Positions 20,022-30,375 of a stretch of DNA of 64,000 bases are shown here, piece by piece. The stretch is from the NCBI GenBank assembly GCA_965216465.1, contig CBDCFW010000006.1, forward strand, positions 608,001 through 672,000. Direction: 5' to 3'. The position numbers and the translations under genes were made by a program. Position 1 is the stretch's first letter. Each line of letters starts with the position of its first letter. The stretch is from Bacteroidia bacterium. Its GTDB lineage: Bacteria > Bacteroidota > Bacteroidia > NS11-12g > UBA9320. The notes below the pieces were generated by a model, which saw nothing but the letters and a program-made list of their open reading frames with translations, was not told the DNA's origin and made no database searches.

Positions 20022-21071
20022 ATGATGCACAGATTTAAGCCACTTCTTGCACTGCTCTTATTCTCCCAAACGCTTTTTGCTCAACCAGATAGTTCTGGTC
20101 TGCTCAAGAATTTTCTAACGCGAAACTTTAATGTTGGAATTAGTGCCGGTATCGGTTCAGGCCATGCCGGATATGTACTGCCTAGCCCAGTAATAAAGCT
20201 CGGCAGACTTGAGCTTCAAGGGAGTCAAATCCAATCCAGATTAACTGATATTTCTGGGTTTCAGGCTGAATTGAATGCAATTCCTATCGAAACTAAATCG
20301 CAAACCGAACAATACTTCTGTTTGGCCTTTGGCTCTATGTTGAATAGAAACTTTCCCATTCGTGATAGGCAAATTTGGAGCAATGAGGTGCTGGTCGGTT
20401 ACAATCGTTTCAAGCTGAATAAACGAACTAAATTCTCCGCAAAAATTGGAATTGGTTTCACAAGAATTGACAATCTACAAGACAGATACAAAGGGGACCA
20501 CATTCATCCCACAATGGAGCTTTCTTATACATGGAGTGCACTGAAGTATATTCCAAAAGATAACGCTATACTTAGCAAACATGTTTACCAATGGAGGATG
20601 CAAAAATTAAGACCTTGGTTAGCCCATTACTTCAATCCATATATCTCTCTTGGAGTTGGTGCTGATCGATTTATAGCCATGCCCGCAATTGGCATCAGAT
20701 CAGGACGAGTGGGCACGAAACTAAGTCTCTTTAACGATGGTACTGCCGGAGCTGGTGGTGGAATTGGAATTGATGTAGATCTAAAACCGCTAAAACCGAG
20801 ATCAAACTATAGTCAAAACTTGAGTATAATGCTCTCTTCGATGTCGTATGGTATTGCAGATGGAGGTCAAGATGGCTACTTCTATGTTCATGGTCTGTCA
20901 ATCGGAAAATCAATGATTAAAAAGGAAGGTAGACACCGTTTAGCATTTCACGTTGGAATTGGAAGATACGATCACGATATTTATACTGCAGAACCTTTCT
21001 TTACTAAAAAACTTCCAAGTATTACCCCTTTGGCTGACTTTTCGTATGACGTTTATCTATTCAACCCCTAA
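20022..21071 (+). CDS. Exported hypothetical protein, probably two small OM beta-barrel-like repeats
   Basis: Signal peptide; amphipathic beta pattern; two similar halves. Confidence 0.65.
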   Translation: MMHRFKPLLALLLFSQTLFAQPDSSGLLKNFLTRNFNVGISAGIGSGHAGYVLPSPVIKLGRLELQGSQIQSRLTDISGFQAELNAIPIETKSQTEQYFCLAFGSMLNRNFPIRDRQIWSNEVLVGYNRFKLNKRTKFSAKIGIGFTRIDNLQDRYKGDHIHPTMELSYTWSALKYIPKDNAILSKHVYQWRMQKLRPWLAHYFNPYISLGVGADRFIAMPAIGIRSGRVGTKLSLFNDGTAGAGGGIGIDVDLKPLKPRSNYSQNLSIMLSSMSYGIADGGQDGYFYVHGLSIGKSMIKKEGRHRLAFHVGIGRYDHDIYTAEPFFTKKLPSITPLADFSYDVYLFNP

Positions 21072-21180
21072 AGGCAGCGCTTATCTAGACAATATTTTCA
21101 ACCCTTATTTGGATCTAAAGAAATAGAAAAATTCTAGTTACATGAACGCTTGAATAAGCCTATCCTTTGATAGTTACCAC

Positions 21181-21873
21181 TTAAACATCTTCTAACATGA
21201 CGCCTATACCTGTTCCATGAATTGAAAACTCAGGATAATCAAACGAATCAGATTCAACAATGTGCCTTGGATAGTGTTCTTTATCAATGAGATGAAATTT
21301 CTCAATACTGTACCGCTGCGTTTTCTTGTTTATCGGGTTTAACAGCTTATTGAGGTCTTTATCTAGAGTGGAGTTTAAGAGAAAAGTGTCTAATTGGTCA
21401 TAATCAATTCTGTTCCTTCCAAACTGACTTTCATATTGTTCTGAAAGTTCTCTCGCCAAATCGACATATCTCAGAGGAGATTGTAAGTAAATTCTTCTAA
21501 GTCTACTTAAATCAAAATCCTCTTTTATAACACTGAAGCAGCCTTGAAGACTATTCAACTCAAATTCTAGGTAAGTGGGCTCTCCTTCTATAGTTCTCGT
21601 TGAAACCGTTAGCGAACTATCAGCTCGTATATCTGAAACAGAAACTATTAGATCCAATGTATCTTGACCAGAAACCAAATAATAAAGGCAAACTTGAGAA
21701 TAAAAATCCTTCTCAAAAGAGCTTCTAAGTTCCTTTTCTACTTTTACAACGGTGGTATCATTTTCGACTGATTCACCATTTGCCTTGGCACTATTGTCCA
21801 TATTTGAGCATGACTGCAAGCCAAAAATAATTACGACGGCACTATAGATGAGATAATTTTGATAGAGTTTCAT
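21181..21873 (-). CDS. Hypothetical lipoprotein
   Basis: LQSC lipobox; ATG at 21873. Confidence 0.7.
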   Translation of the reverse strand: MKLYQNYLIYSAVVIIFGLQSCSNMDNSAKANGESVENDTTVVKVEKELRSSFEKDFYSQVCLYYLVSGQDTLDLIVSVSDIRADSSLTVSTRTIEGEPTYLEFELNSLQGCFSVIKEDFDLSRLRRIYLQSPLRYVDLARELSEQYESQFGRNRIDYDQLDTFLLNSTLDKDLNKLLNPINKKTQRYSIEKFHLIDKEHYPRHIVESDSFDYPEFSIHGTGIGVMLEDV

Positions 21874-21963
21874 TATGGTGCAAGTTAACAAAAACCAAAG
21901 TAGTCTGCATTATAGCATTTAATAATCTACTTATTATCAATATATTGCAACCACAATCAATCT

Positions 21964-23310
21964 ATGAAAAACATTATTCTCAGCTTATGCACTCTCCTAA
22001 TCGGATTTAATAGTCTAGCTCAAACTGTGGTTTCCTCTGATGCAACCGCACAGAAATATTCTAATTCTGGAATGGTCAACCTCGGCAATGACGCCTTCGT
22101 AACTTGGTACCAAGGTTATGGCACTTCTACTAAGCAACAAACAAGTGCTGTTCAGCTTATTAGGGGTGGTGAGCAGGCCTGGATGCTAGAGCTTGATTTT
22201 GATGATAATTTCTACTTTGATGGAATTTGCACAGGGTCTCCAGGAGGAAAATACACCTACTTAATTCTACAAAATCGCAAAGAAGAAGGATTGATAGTTC
22301 AAGTAGATAACGCGGGCGATTTAGTTGAAAGTGTTGTTGAAGTTCCTAGTCATTTTAACAATATTAAAGCAGCTGTTTGTGATGAAAACAATCTCTATCT
22401 AATCTGTGATACTTATGACAAAACGCCAAGTGTAAAGGAGTCATTTAGCAAGTTTGACCCAAAGCTAATTACTTATAGTCACGAAGATGGTCTTCAAGAA
22501 ACATCGTCAATTGAACTCGAATACGTAGAATATAACAACAGCAATTCTCAATGGCAATTTCGAGATTTCGATGATGGCTTGTTCTATTTCTCAAAAACCG
22601 AGGTTTATAAAGACCAAATAAAATGGACATTAGCTGCAGTGAATACTGATGGCACCAAAGAATCCTCAATCACAAAAGCAATTAACATTGAAAATCTTCA
22701 GATTAGAGGCTTAAGCATTGAAGGCTCAAAAGCCAACAATATAAAATGCATGTACATTAAGCCTAATGAAACTGTTACATCAAGTGGAATTTTAAGACCA
22801 GGTAGCTTCGAGCATATTGAAGTCGATGCAGAGAACAATCGAATTTTTGTTATGTGGCAGGAGGGAAAGAAATCTAAACCAACTCTCGCAATTCATTCTT
22901 ATGATCTTTCAGGGGAACCAATAAAACGTATCGGCGATATAAAAATTAAGCTAAACGCCGCAGGAGGAACATCAGCTTTCAATATTGTTCAGGTCGATTT
23001 GAAACATGATGGAGGGATTATAGTCGACTCAAAACTTGGAGAAGCACTCATAATCGAATCAGAAGGCAGCACTAAGACTATAGAACTTGATGCAGAGAAA
23101 ATTGCCAAAATAGTCATGCCATTGCAGATTGAACTTTATGAAAGCAACTGCAAAGCATTTGTTCTAGGAAAAGGTTCAAAACTTATTAAGTGGCCTTTGA
23201 GTCGAGCCCTTTTTGAGCCGCATATAATTATCACTGAAGATTACGAATATCTGTTCTTTATGAACGAATCGTCTAAAAGTGCAGAGGTCCTGCAGTTTAA
23301 GCGAAGCTAA
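21964..23310 (+). CDS. Exported hypothetical protein (beta-rich)
   Basis: 448 aa with signal peptide ending SLA-Q. Confidence 0.7.
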   Translation: MKNIILSLCTLLIGFNSLAQTVVSSDATAQKYSNSGMVNLGNDAFVTWYQGYGTSTKQQTSAVQLIRGGEQAWMLELDFDDNFYFDGICTGSPGGKYTYLILQNRKEEGLIVQVDNAGDLVESVVEVPSHFNNIKAAVCDENNLYLICDTYDKTPSVKESFSKFDPKLITYSHEDGLQETSSIELEYVEYNNSNSQWQFRDFDDGLFYFSKTEVYKDQIKWTLAAVNTDGTKESSITKAINIENLQIRGLSIEGSKANNIKCMYIKPNETVTSSGILRPGSFEHIEVDAENNRIFVMWQEGKKSKPTLAIHSYDLSGEPIKRIGDIKIKLNAAGGTSAFNIVQVDLKHDGGIIVDSKLGEALIIESEGSTKTIELDAEKIAKIVMPLQIELYESNCKAFVLGKGSKLIKWPLSRALFEPHIIITEDYEYLFFMNESSKSAEVLQFKRS

Positions 23311-23467
23311 TAGTTTCAAGCAATCAACTATTGCGCTAAGTCCCTTTTTTTCCTTACTTTGTAGATGCCGGTAAGATTCTGAACTTAGTACCCATTAAAT
23401 TTCAAAGAATTACTACGCGCATGAATTATTAGCTTCAGTATCTAACCGCCACTCAAAATCGCGCGTT

Positions 23468-25582
23468 ATGAAAAGATTATTGTTTGGCCTTGCCTTGGCC
23501 TTATTTTCGCTTGCATCCTTTGCACAGGTTGGAATTTCTGAATCGACAATCACTCCAGATGCCAGCTCTATATTGGAGTTGAACACCAATTCAAAAGGTA
23601 TTCTAATACCACGTATGACGGCCAGTCAGAAGTTAAGCATAAGCTCTCCAGCTCAGGGTTTAATGATTTACCAAACTGACGTAGACACCGGATTTTGGTA
23701 TTATAAAGGCAGTCAATGGGTAGCTCTTCTGAGCGACTTCGACGACGATTGGGTAAAGACCTCTTCAACCGTATATAATGCCAATGATTCTGTGGCGATT
23801 GGACGAACTACGCCCTATACAGATTTCCATATTGCATCAGCTAAAAATGTTCTATATGGAGATTCATTGTCGGGTTCAGGATTTAAACAGATTTACTATG
23901 CACAAAAAGGAGCTTTTCGCGTGGGCTATTTAAACAATCCTTTCGGCGGATATAACTATGATCGATTTTGGGACTACGACTCTGTTGGCTATTATTCGTT
24001 CGCTGCTGGACAGAATTCCCGTGCAAAAGGCTTCGGTGCTTTCGCATTTGGTTCGTTTGGATGGGCAGATGGAAGCGGATCTGTTGCCTTTTTTGGAAAC
24101 GCAAAAGGAAACAATAGCTTTACGTTTGGAGGCTCTTCAAAAGGAAGAGGTTCAATAACCTTTGAGGGTGTTGCGGATGAAGAAGGAGGTATAGCCATGT
24201 ACGGTTATACCGGAGGACGTTATGGTGTTTCAATTGGTGGAGGATCAACCGGTTTAGGAGCATCTTCTTCTCGTGAAGATTATGCTATAGCAATTGGTTG
24301 GAATTCTGACGCACGTGGACAAGCTTCCATTGCTCTTGGACCAAGTGACGCCTACGGATACAACTCATTTTCAACAGGTTGGGTTACAGAAGCACGTGGA
24401 AACTACTCCTCAACTTTTGGCTATCAAACCAATTCATACCCCTATGCATCAATGGCCCTAGGACGATTTAATGTTGTAACAGGTGATAGTGCTGCATGGG
24501 TTTCAACAGATCCTATATTCATGGTTGGTGATGGAACGAATAACTCTAGCCGATCCAATTCATTTACAATTCTGAAAAATGGACAGACTGCTGTTGGATA
24601 CAATACCCCTACAGGAATGTTAAACGTAAGTACGGCATTAGGAAGCGTTAGCACCCCAGTAGATGCTACAAATGCTGCTATTCTAATTGGAACTTCCTCA
24701 ACCGGAATGGCATTCGACGCCAATCAGATTGAGACGATTGGCGATGAACTTCATCTCAACTACGGCTCTACCCAAGATATAAGAATGGTTGAAGGAGGTG
24801 GAGATGTAGGAATTGGGGGTGTTCCTACCACAAAGTTGGATGTTATAGGAACAGGCTGGCAATTTAGGTTAAATAACACAGGTACAGGAGGCGGAGATTT
24901 CTATGTTGGTTCTAGCCAAACTTCATGGGCTTCCGGTGGAGGGCGGTTTTTAATCAGTTCAACTTCGACATCAAGTAATGCTGAATTTGTTATTGATGGA
25001 GCAGATGGACAAATAGGAATGGGAACTATGAGTCCTTCAGATAAACTGCATATCAACTCAGGTTCAGGTGAGCCTGCTTTACGCGTGCAGGTTAACAGCA
25101 CAACTCGGTTTCGCGTACACACAAATGGCGGGGTAAGCATTGGAGCAAACGTAACGCCTCCTGCTGAAGGAATGTATGTAGATGGTGAAAGCGAGTTTAA
25201 TGGAGACATCTTGCCAGATGATAATAACACTTACAGCATTGGCGATGGTACATTTCGTTGGACCACGGTTTATGCTACCAATGGTGTAATCAACACCAGC
25301 GATAAACGAGATAAAGAGCAAATTAAAGACTTAGGCTATGGGCTTGAAGAAGTACTTCAGTTCAGACCCGTAAGCTTTACTTGGAAAGGTGGATCACAGC
25401 AAAACAATAAAATAGGATTACTTGCTCAAGATCTTCAGCAAGTTGTTCCAGAAGTGGTGCAAGACGGAGAACGACTTGGAGTATACTATAGCGATCTAAT
25501 TCCTGTTCTTATAAATGCAATTCAAGAACAGCAAGCGATTATTGATGATTTAGAAAAAAGAATCGAGAAGTTGGAGGATTAG
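23468..25582 (+). CDS. Secreted trimeric fibre-like protein with YadA-like head repeats and a C-terminal S74 intramolecular chaperone
   Basis: AQVGI...GILIPRMT...GLMIYQTD N-terminus; A.G.S.A.G repeats; TSDKRDKEQI...IGLLAQD...PEVV...AIQEQQ. Confidence 0.85.
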   Translation: MKRLLFGLALALFSLASFAQVGISESTITPDASSILELNTNSKGILIPRMTASQKLSISSPAQGLMIYQTDVDTGFWYYKGSQWVALLSDFDDDWVKTSSTVYNANDSVAIGRTTPYTDFHIASAKNVLYGDSLSGSGFKQIYYAQKGAFRVGYLNNPFGGYNYDRFWDYDSVGYYSFAAGQNSRAKGFGAFAFGSFGWADGSGSVAFFGNAKGNNSFTFGGSSKGRGSITFEGVADEEGGIAMYGYTGGRYGVSIGGGSTGLGASSSREDYAIAIGWNSDARGQASIALGPSDAYGYNSFSTGWVTEARGNYSSTFGYQTNSYPYASMALGRFNVVTGDSAAWVSTDPIFMVGDGTNNSSRSNSFTILKNGQTAVGYNTPTGMLNVSTALGSVSTPVDATNAAILIGTSSTGMAFDANQIETIGDELHLNYGSTQDIRMVEGGGDVGIGGVPTTKLDVIGTGWQFRLNNTGTGGGDFYVGSSQTSWASGGGRFLISSTSTSSNAEFVIDGADGQIGMGTMSPSDKLHINSGSGEPALRVQVNSTTRFRVHTNGGVSIGANVTPPAEGMYVDGESEFNGDILPDDNNTYSIGDGTFRWTTVYATNGVINTSDKRDKEQIKDLGYGLEEVLQFRPVSFTWKGGSQQNNKIGLLAQDLQQVVPEVVQDGERLGVYYSDLIPVLINAIQEQQAIIDDLEKRIEKLED

Positions 25583-25594
25583 AATGGATGCTAT

Positions 25595-27643
25595 TTAATT
25601 CACGGTAATTAATTTCCTACCTGTTCCTTTTTCAGAAACTAATCGAATGTAATAGTTTCCTGAAACGTGTAAATTGAAATCCGTTTTATTGATCTGCTTG
25701 AGGATTAGCTTTCCTCGCATATCATAAATCTCTATTGAAAAGTTAATGGCATCTACTTCAACCTCAAAATTGCCAGAACTCGGATTTGGATAAACATTGA
25801 AATTAATCTTAGGCCCCGTCATTTGAGGAACTTGTGCAAAATCAACCAAAAAACTGTCACTTTTCTCACTTTCACAGCCATGTTCACTAAGAAGTTGAAC
25901 TTGGTAATATCCATTTCTTAAAGGATCTAGAGCTTTTCCTGTTGTATCCAAATACAAAGTATCACTGATAAACCAGCGGTACTTGTGAGATTCAACTGTG
26001 CTGGCAACATTTCCCGAGTTTTTACTGATACTTGGCTTAACTGGTCGCACATCTTCATAAATTGTTATGGTGTCCCAAGCTTGGCAGAATGTTTTGTTCG
26101 TAAGTTTGATGCTATAAACTCCTGCTGTATCGGCTACTAAGCTATCAACATGAAAATGGTCGTAATCAATTATTTTACCTCTTATTGAGTCTAAGTTTGG
26201 TTCTTCACCATCCCAGTGCACACAATGCATATCTTTTGGTGACCTCAGCACAACTCTAAATGAATCCCCTTTACAATAGAATGTGTCTCTGCCCAAAACA
26301 TCTTGCCTAAACCTTTGGCGAATAGTTAAGACTTTGGTTACCGTATCTGATCTACTTCCATTTTTTGCGATGTGGCTAACAGTCCATCTCCCTGTATCTG
26401 GGAAAACATAATTGCAGTGTTTTGTTAGGACACTGTCCTTTACGCTTCCTTTTTGAAAGTACCATTTCCAACTGTTCGCATTTATAGTATCTCTACCTTC
26501 AAATTGATAGTTGTGGTTCCAGCAATCCTCAGTGTATGCAAAATCAATGCTTGGGGTATAGAAATAACTTTGGTTGAAATTAGGTAACCCATTTTGTACC
26601 ACTCCGTGATTTAAAGTAATTGCATTGGAATCATAACCGCAATTAATTCCTTCACGATTTGGGTAAGTTATTACGTCAAGATGATTTGTTCTCCATTTAG
26701 AAACATAAATCTTGCCATCAGGGCCTAATTGTATTGGACCAATGCTATCGTTCCAATCCATGTTCAATGCAGTTCTAGATGATAAAATAGATCCAACACT
26801 AATCTGGTTTAAATCATATTGAAAAACTCTATTTTGTGAAATATACAGCTTACTCCCATCAGGCGAGAATTCAGCAGACCAAGGAGCTCCAAATTTATTA
26901 CTAAACCAGTGTTCCAATTGTCCAATTTCATTGTCAAATCGAAATAATTGAAATTTTCCAGCAGTTGACATCTGGCTGCACAGGTATTCACCTGCCGGAC
27001 TAAATTTTAAAGTAGAACCTACCGTATAAATTACAGAATTGGAATGATATGAATCACCAGCTTCTATAATCCTAGGGCAACAAAGCATTCCTTGTTTCTT
27101 TACGAGGAAAACGTAAAAAGAATCTGTAATAGAGTGATGGGATGCGATCCAAACATCTCTGTTATTTCTATGACTTGAAGCATTGAGCTGTTCAGTGGCC
27201 AGATTTAGAACTATTTTATTCTCGGTTCTAAACGAGTCCAAGTCTATAAAATGGTTGTAGTAAAGCGATATGGCCTGACTCCCCAGCACGTCATCTGTTG
27301 ACAGAAAATGGTACATTGAATCATCTATATGTTTCAATAACAACGAACCTTGTGCCGAGGATGAATGCCCTTTAACCGTGACAACATTCCCGCTAAGGTC
27401 AAACAACTGCTCTGGGTTACTATAAAACAAAAGATTACCGTCCAGATCTGAGATGGACGAAGAAGCTTCGGGTGCTAAAAAATCTAAGGTGTCTGTGATT
27501 ACAGAATCACCTTTAAAAGTTAGTAAAACACCTTCCCCTAAAACCCAATTTGACGCTGTATTGCAATTTGGATTTGTTCCTGGGCATTGAGCTTGGCTGA
27601 ACAAGCTCATTGTGATGAACACTAGACTGAAAATAGCCTTCAT
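25595..27643 (-). CDS. T9SS type A sorting domain protein with beta-propeller and PKD-like domains
   Basis: KFSP, EFSPDGSKLY, QLGPDGKIY and GLPNF motifs; C-terminal VYPNPSSG...YDMRGK. Confidence 0.85.
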   Translation of the reverse strand: MKAIFSLVFITMSLFSQAQCPGTNPNCNTASNWVLGEGVLLTFKGDSVITDTLDFLAPEASSSISDLDGNLLFYSNPEQLFDLSGNVVTVKGHSSSAQGSLLLKHIDDSMYHFLSTDDVLGSQAISLYYNHFIDLDSFRTENKIVLNLATEQLNASSHRNNRDVWIASHHSITDSFYVFLVKKQGMLCCPRIIEAGDSYHSNSVIYTVGSTLKFSPAGEYLCSQMSTAGKFQLFRFDNEIGQLEHWFSNKFGAPWSAEFSPDGSKLYISQNRVFQYDLNQISVGSILSSRTALNMDWNDSIGPIQLGPDGKIYVSKWRTNHLDVITYPNREGINCGYDSNAITLNHGVVQNGLPNFNQSYFYTPSIDFAYTEDCWNHNYQFEGRDTINANSWKWYFQKGSVKDSVLTKHCNYVFPDTGRWTVSHIAKNGSRSDTVTKVLTIRQRFRQDVLGRDTFYCKGDSFRVVLRSPKDMHCVHWDGEEPNLDSIRGKIIDYDHFHVDSLVADTAGVYSIKLTNKTFCQAWDTITIYEDVRPVKPSISKNSGNVASTVESHKYRWFISDTLYLDTTGKALDPLRNGYYQVQLLSEHGCESEKSDSFLVDFAQVPQMTGPKINFNVYPNPSSGNFEVEVDAINFSIEIYDMRGKLILKQINKTDFNLHVSGNYYIRLVSEKGTGRKLITVN

Positions 27644-27876
27644 ATGTTTACATAATTGGAACACGTATTTTTAAGACCACTGTTAACCAATTGTTGTTGC
27701 TTAGTGGACAAGCTGGTGGTCGACAATAATAGCAGTTTTTAAATGATAAGAATGCTACAAAATCAGGACATTTATGTATAGAGTACCGAAAGTTTAGCAG
27801 AGCATAGTGAGGAGTTGAAGGGTTCGGTTAGAGAGAATCAATCTGAAAGGTTCCCTTATCTTGTGTTTCGAATACT

Positions 27877-27908
27877 AAAAGCCCCTGCAGGTTTATCTGC
27901 AGGGGCTT
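27877..27908 (-). terminator. Rho-independent terminator of the yceI-ending operon
   Basis: 12-bp stem AAGCCCCTGCAG / CTGCAGGGGCTT with a 6-nt loop and a T-run on the minus strand. Confidence 0.8.
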
Positions 27909-27980
27909 ATTTATTGGCCAACCAGCCAGGGTGTAATCGAGACAAGACAAAGACCATTTATTGCTAAAAAAGCACCTCTC

Positions 27981-28520
27981 TTACTTCTTCTTAGTATTCA
28001 ACACAAGATTCACGGTCACGTTATCCCCTAAAGTCCAGCTTGAAGAACCAACATTATAGTCAAGACGATTCAACTTGAATTTGCCTTTGAACTTTCCGGT
28101 AGAACCCGATGAAGTGAATGTAAATGGGATGTTAACCGTCTTTGTCACATCCTTCATAGTCAGTTGAAATTTACCGTTATAACTGTTTGCACCTGTCTTG
28201 GTAAATGACACCGACTTCATAGAAATTCTTGGGTACTTCTCTACATCAAAATAGTCTTTAGACCTCAAATGCCTGTCTCGCATGGCAATTCCGGTTTTAA
28301 TTGTATTCGCTGCAACTGAAGCAGAAATACTCGCCTTTGCCAGATTCGCTGGATCAAAGGTTGCTGATGCTCTAACACCGCTCAGCGAACCGTCAACATC
28401 AACCCCCGCATTTGTGATAGTAAAGCCGACTGTTGCCGTTGTTGGTGCCCAGTCTTGCGCTGCCACCCATGTTAAACTTAATAAGCCAATAACCAATCCT
28501 GTAAATAATAATTTCCTCAT
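27981..28520 (-). CDS. YceI-family polyisoprenoid-binding protein
   Basis: IKTGIAMRDRHLRSKDYFDVEKYP...GKFQLTMKDVTK...RLDYNVG; signal peptide. Confidence 0.92.
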   Translation of the reverse strand: MRKLLFTGLVIGLLSLTWVAAQDWAPTTATVGFTITNAGVDVDGSLSGVRASATFDPANLAKASISASVAANTIKTGIAMRDRHLRSKDYFDVEKYPRISMKSVSFTKTGANSYNGKFQLTMKDVTKTVNIPFTFTSSGSTGKFKGKFKLNRLDYNVGSSSWTLGDNVTVNLVLNTKKK

Positions 28521-28533
28521 TCTAAAAATTTCC

Positions 28534-29268
28534 TCATTTTTTAAATGGTTTGTAACTAACTGCGACCATGCCCATCAACGATTTGTATCTAAAGCGGTCA
28601 TTATCAAAATTGAAAGCAATCTCTTGATTTGTAGTGTATTCTGTAAACTCAAACGTAAAACCTAACCTGAAGCCTAATTGATCGTTCATATTATACTTTG
28701 CATAAAGTTCGCTGTTCAGCATTCCGATGTCATTGTCGCTGATAAGCAAAACATTTGGCGAAGTTGGTGATGCTTTGATCTCCATGTCTTCAAAACCAGC
28801 TGGAGCATCTGAAGAAATGATGTTTCCACTAATCTCCGGCCCAAAGCTTATGCCAACCGCGTCAATATTAAAACCAACGCCCCAAGTCTCATTGAATTCG
28901 TATTCCAAATAGATGGCTGCATTGATCGAGTGATGCGATGCATTTCCTACCCTGAAGGTATCAATATTTTCGGGGAAAGTTTCTGAAAAGAAGACCCCAG
29001 GGCCGGTCATTTTAGAAGTCAATTCTGCAGGTGCTGTAGTGTAATCTTTATCCGTACCCCCGTAAAGATTGTATCTAACTCCATAACCTAGCTTGAATTT
29101 CTTATTCTTGAATACGCCATGCGTTTGATTCCAAGATAAGGCAACATTGTACTCTTGGGACCCTGCCGACAAGGCAAGTCCAAAATTGTGGTTTTCATTG
29201 AATGGAACTTGGGCTTTTGCTGCAAAGCCTAGTGCTCCAATTGCGATGAGTGTAAGTATATATTTCAT
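28534..29268 (-). CDS. Outer-membrane beta-barrel hypothetical protein
   Basis: Signal peptide from ATG 29268 (MKYIL...AKA-Q); amphipathic strands. Confidence 0.7.
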   Translation of the reverse strand: MKYILTLIAIGALGFAAKAQVPFNENHNFGLALSAGSQEYNVALSWNQTHGVFKNKKFKLGYGVRYNLYGGTDKDYTTAPAELTSKMTGPGVFFSETFPENIDTFRVGNASHHSINAAIYLEYEFNETWGVGFNIDAVGISFGPEISGNIISSDAPAGFEDMEIKASPTSPNVLLISDNDIGMLNSELYAKYNMNDQLGFRLGFTFEFTEYTTNQEIAFNFDNDRFRYKSLMGMVAVSYKPFKK

Positions 29269-29272
29269 ATTG

Positions 29273-30340
29273 TTAAAATGCTTCTCCATAAACAATGTAC
29301 AAGCCTTGGCTGTCCATTGTTCTTCCATAGTCAATTCTTATGTTTGCTTGTGAGGCTTCGTCTATCTTAAAGCGAAGACCTGCCCCGTAGTTGTAGTGAA
29401 ATCTATCTGTTCCAAAGTCATTTAGACTTGAATACACCTGGCCAACGCCAGAAAAACAGGCCAGTGAAACACGCCAGAATATGGGTTTTCTTACTTCAAG
29501 TTGTCCCAGTAGTAAATTCTTATCTCTAAATCGTCCGTAATAATATCCCCTCAGAAAGCGAGGTCCACCAATTACCGGCATCATCCGAAAAGGGATGTCG
29601 CCAAAGGTCTCTACACCTACCACGTTGGTGTTTATCACCCAATCCTCTCCCAGTGTTTTATAGTATCGCAAATCTTGAACCAATTGAAGATAATTACGGT
29701 TGTCCGTATGAGAAAAATAGGGAGTTAACCCCAACTCAATGTACTTGCCATTTTGCGGATTGAGTAAATAATCGCGCTGATCGATCAAGGCTTCAATGCC
29801 TATACCACTAAAACTGTAATCCATTAACGCTCCATGAGTAAGCCCAGAATTTGGTTTATGCACATTGTGGATGGTTTGGTGATGTAGTTGAACACCTAGG
29901 TAGTGGCTATCCTTAAGCATTTTAAACACTTTGAGATTAGCATTGTAAAGATTCAAGTCAATGGCACATGCGTCATCAAGCACACTTTCATTTCCAATGC
30001 CGTAAAAGATTTCTGGGAAACGAGAAATGTCATGCGACCATTTGATGTATAATTTATTGCTCTTTGTAAACCAATTCAAATCGCTCTGAAATTGAAATTG
30101 TCTGTTTAACGTGACATCAAGAAAAACCTGAGCATTCGAGCTATTGGTCAAAGAATCAGGAGCACGTCTATATAAGAGTCCTATCAGTCCTACCCCGATG
30201 TTCGTTTCAGGTGTAAAGAACCCGCTTGGCAACACTTGAAACCGATAAGCCTTTTGATCTGGTTCTTGTGCAAAGCTTGGATTGATTGCAAGTACCAAGC
30301 ATAGCATAAGCACGAAATGAAGGCCAAATCGGGTAAACAT
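29273..30340 (-). CDS. Omp85 (BamA/TamA-family) barrel-only protein
   Basis: TPET, D.RD..NP..G, LRGYYYGRFRD, GAGLRF and terminal GEAF; no room for POTRA domains. Confidence 0.85.
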   Translation of the reverse strand: MFTRFGLHFVLMLCLVLAINPSFAQEPDQKAYRFQVLPSGFFTPETNIGVGLIGLLYRRAPDSLTNSSNAQVFLDVTLNRQFQFQSDLNWFTKSNKLYIKWSHDISRFPEIFYGIGNESVLDDACAIDLNLYNANLKVFKMLKDSHYLGVQLHHQTIHNVHKPNSGLTHGALMDYSFSGIGIEALIDQRDYLLNPQNGKYIELGLTPYFSHTDNRNYLQLVQDLRYYKTLGEDWVINTNVVGVETFGDIPFRMMPVIGGPRFLRGYYYGRFRDKNLLLGQLEVRKPIFWRVSLACFSGVGQVYSSLNDFGTDRFHYNYGAGLRFKIDEASQANIRIDYGRTMDSQGLYIVYGEAF

Positions 30341-30375
30341 ACTTTTGGAAACGAACTGAGTATATGGTCCTTACA

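Noticed and set aside
23468-25582. Prophage tail gene
   Set aside because: It has a Sec signal peptide and no neighbouring phage genes
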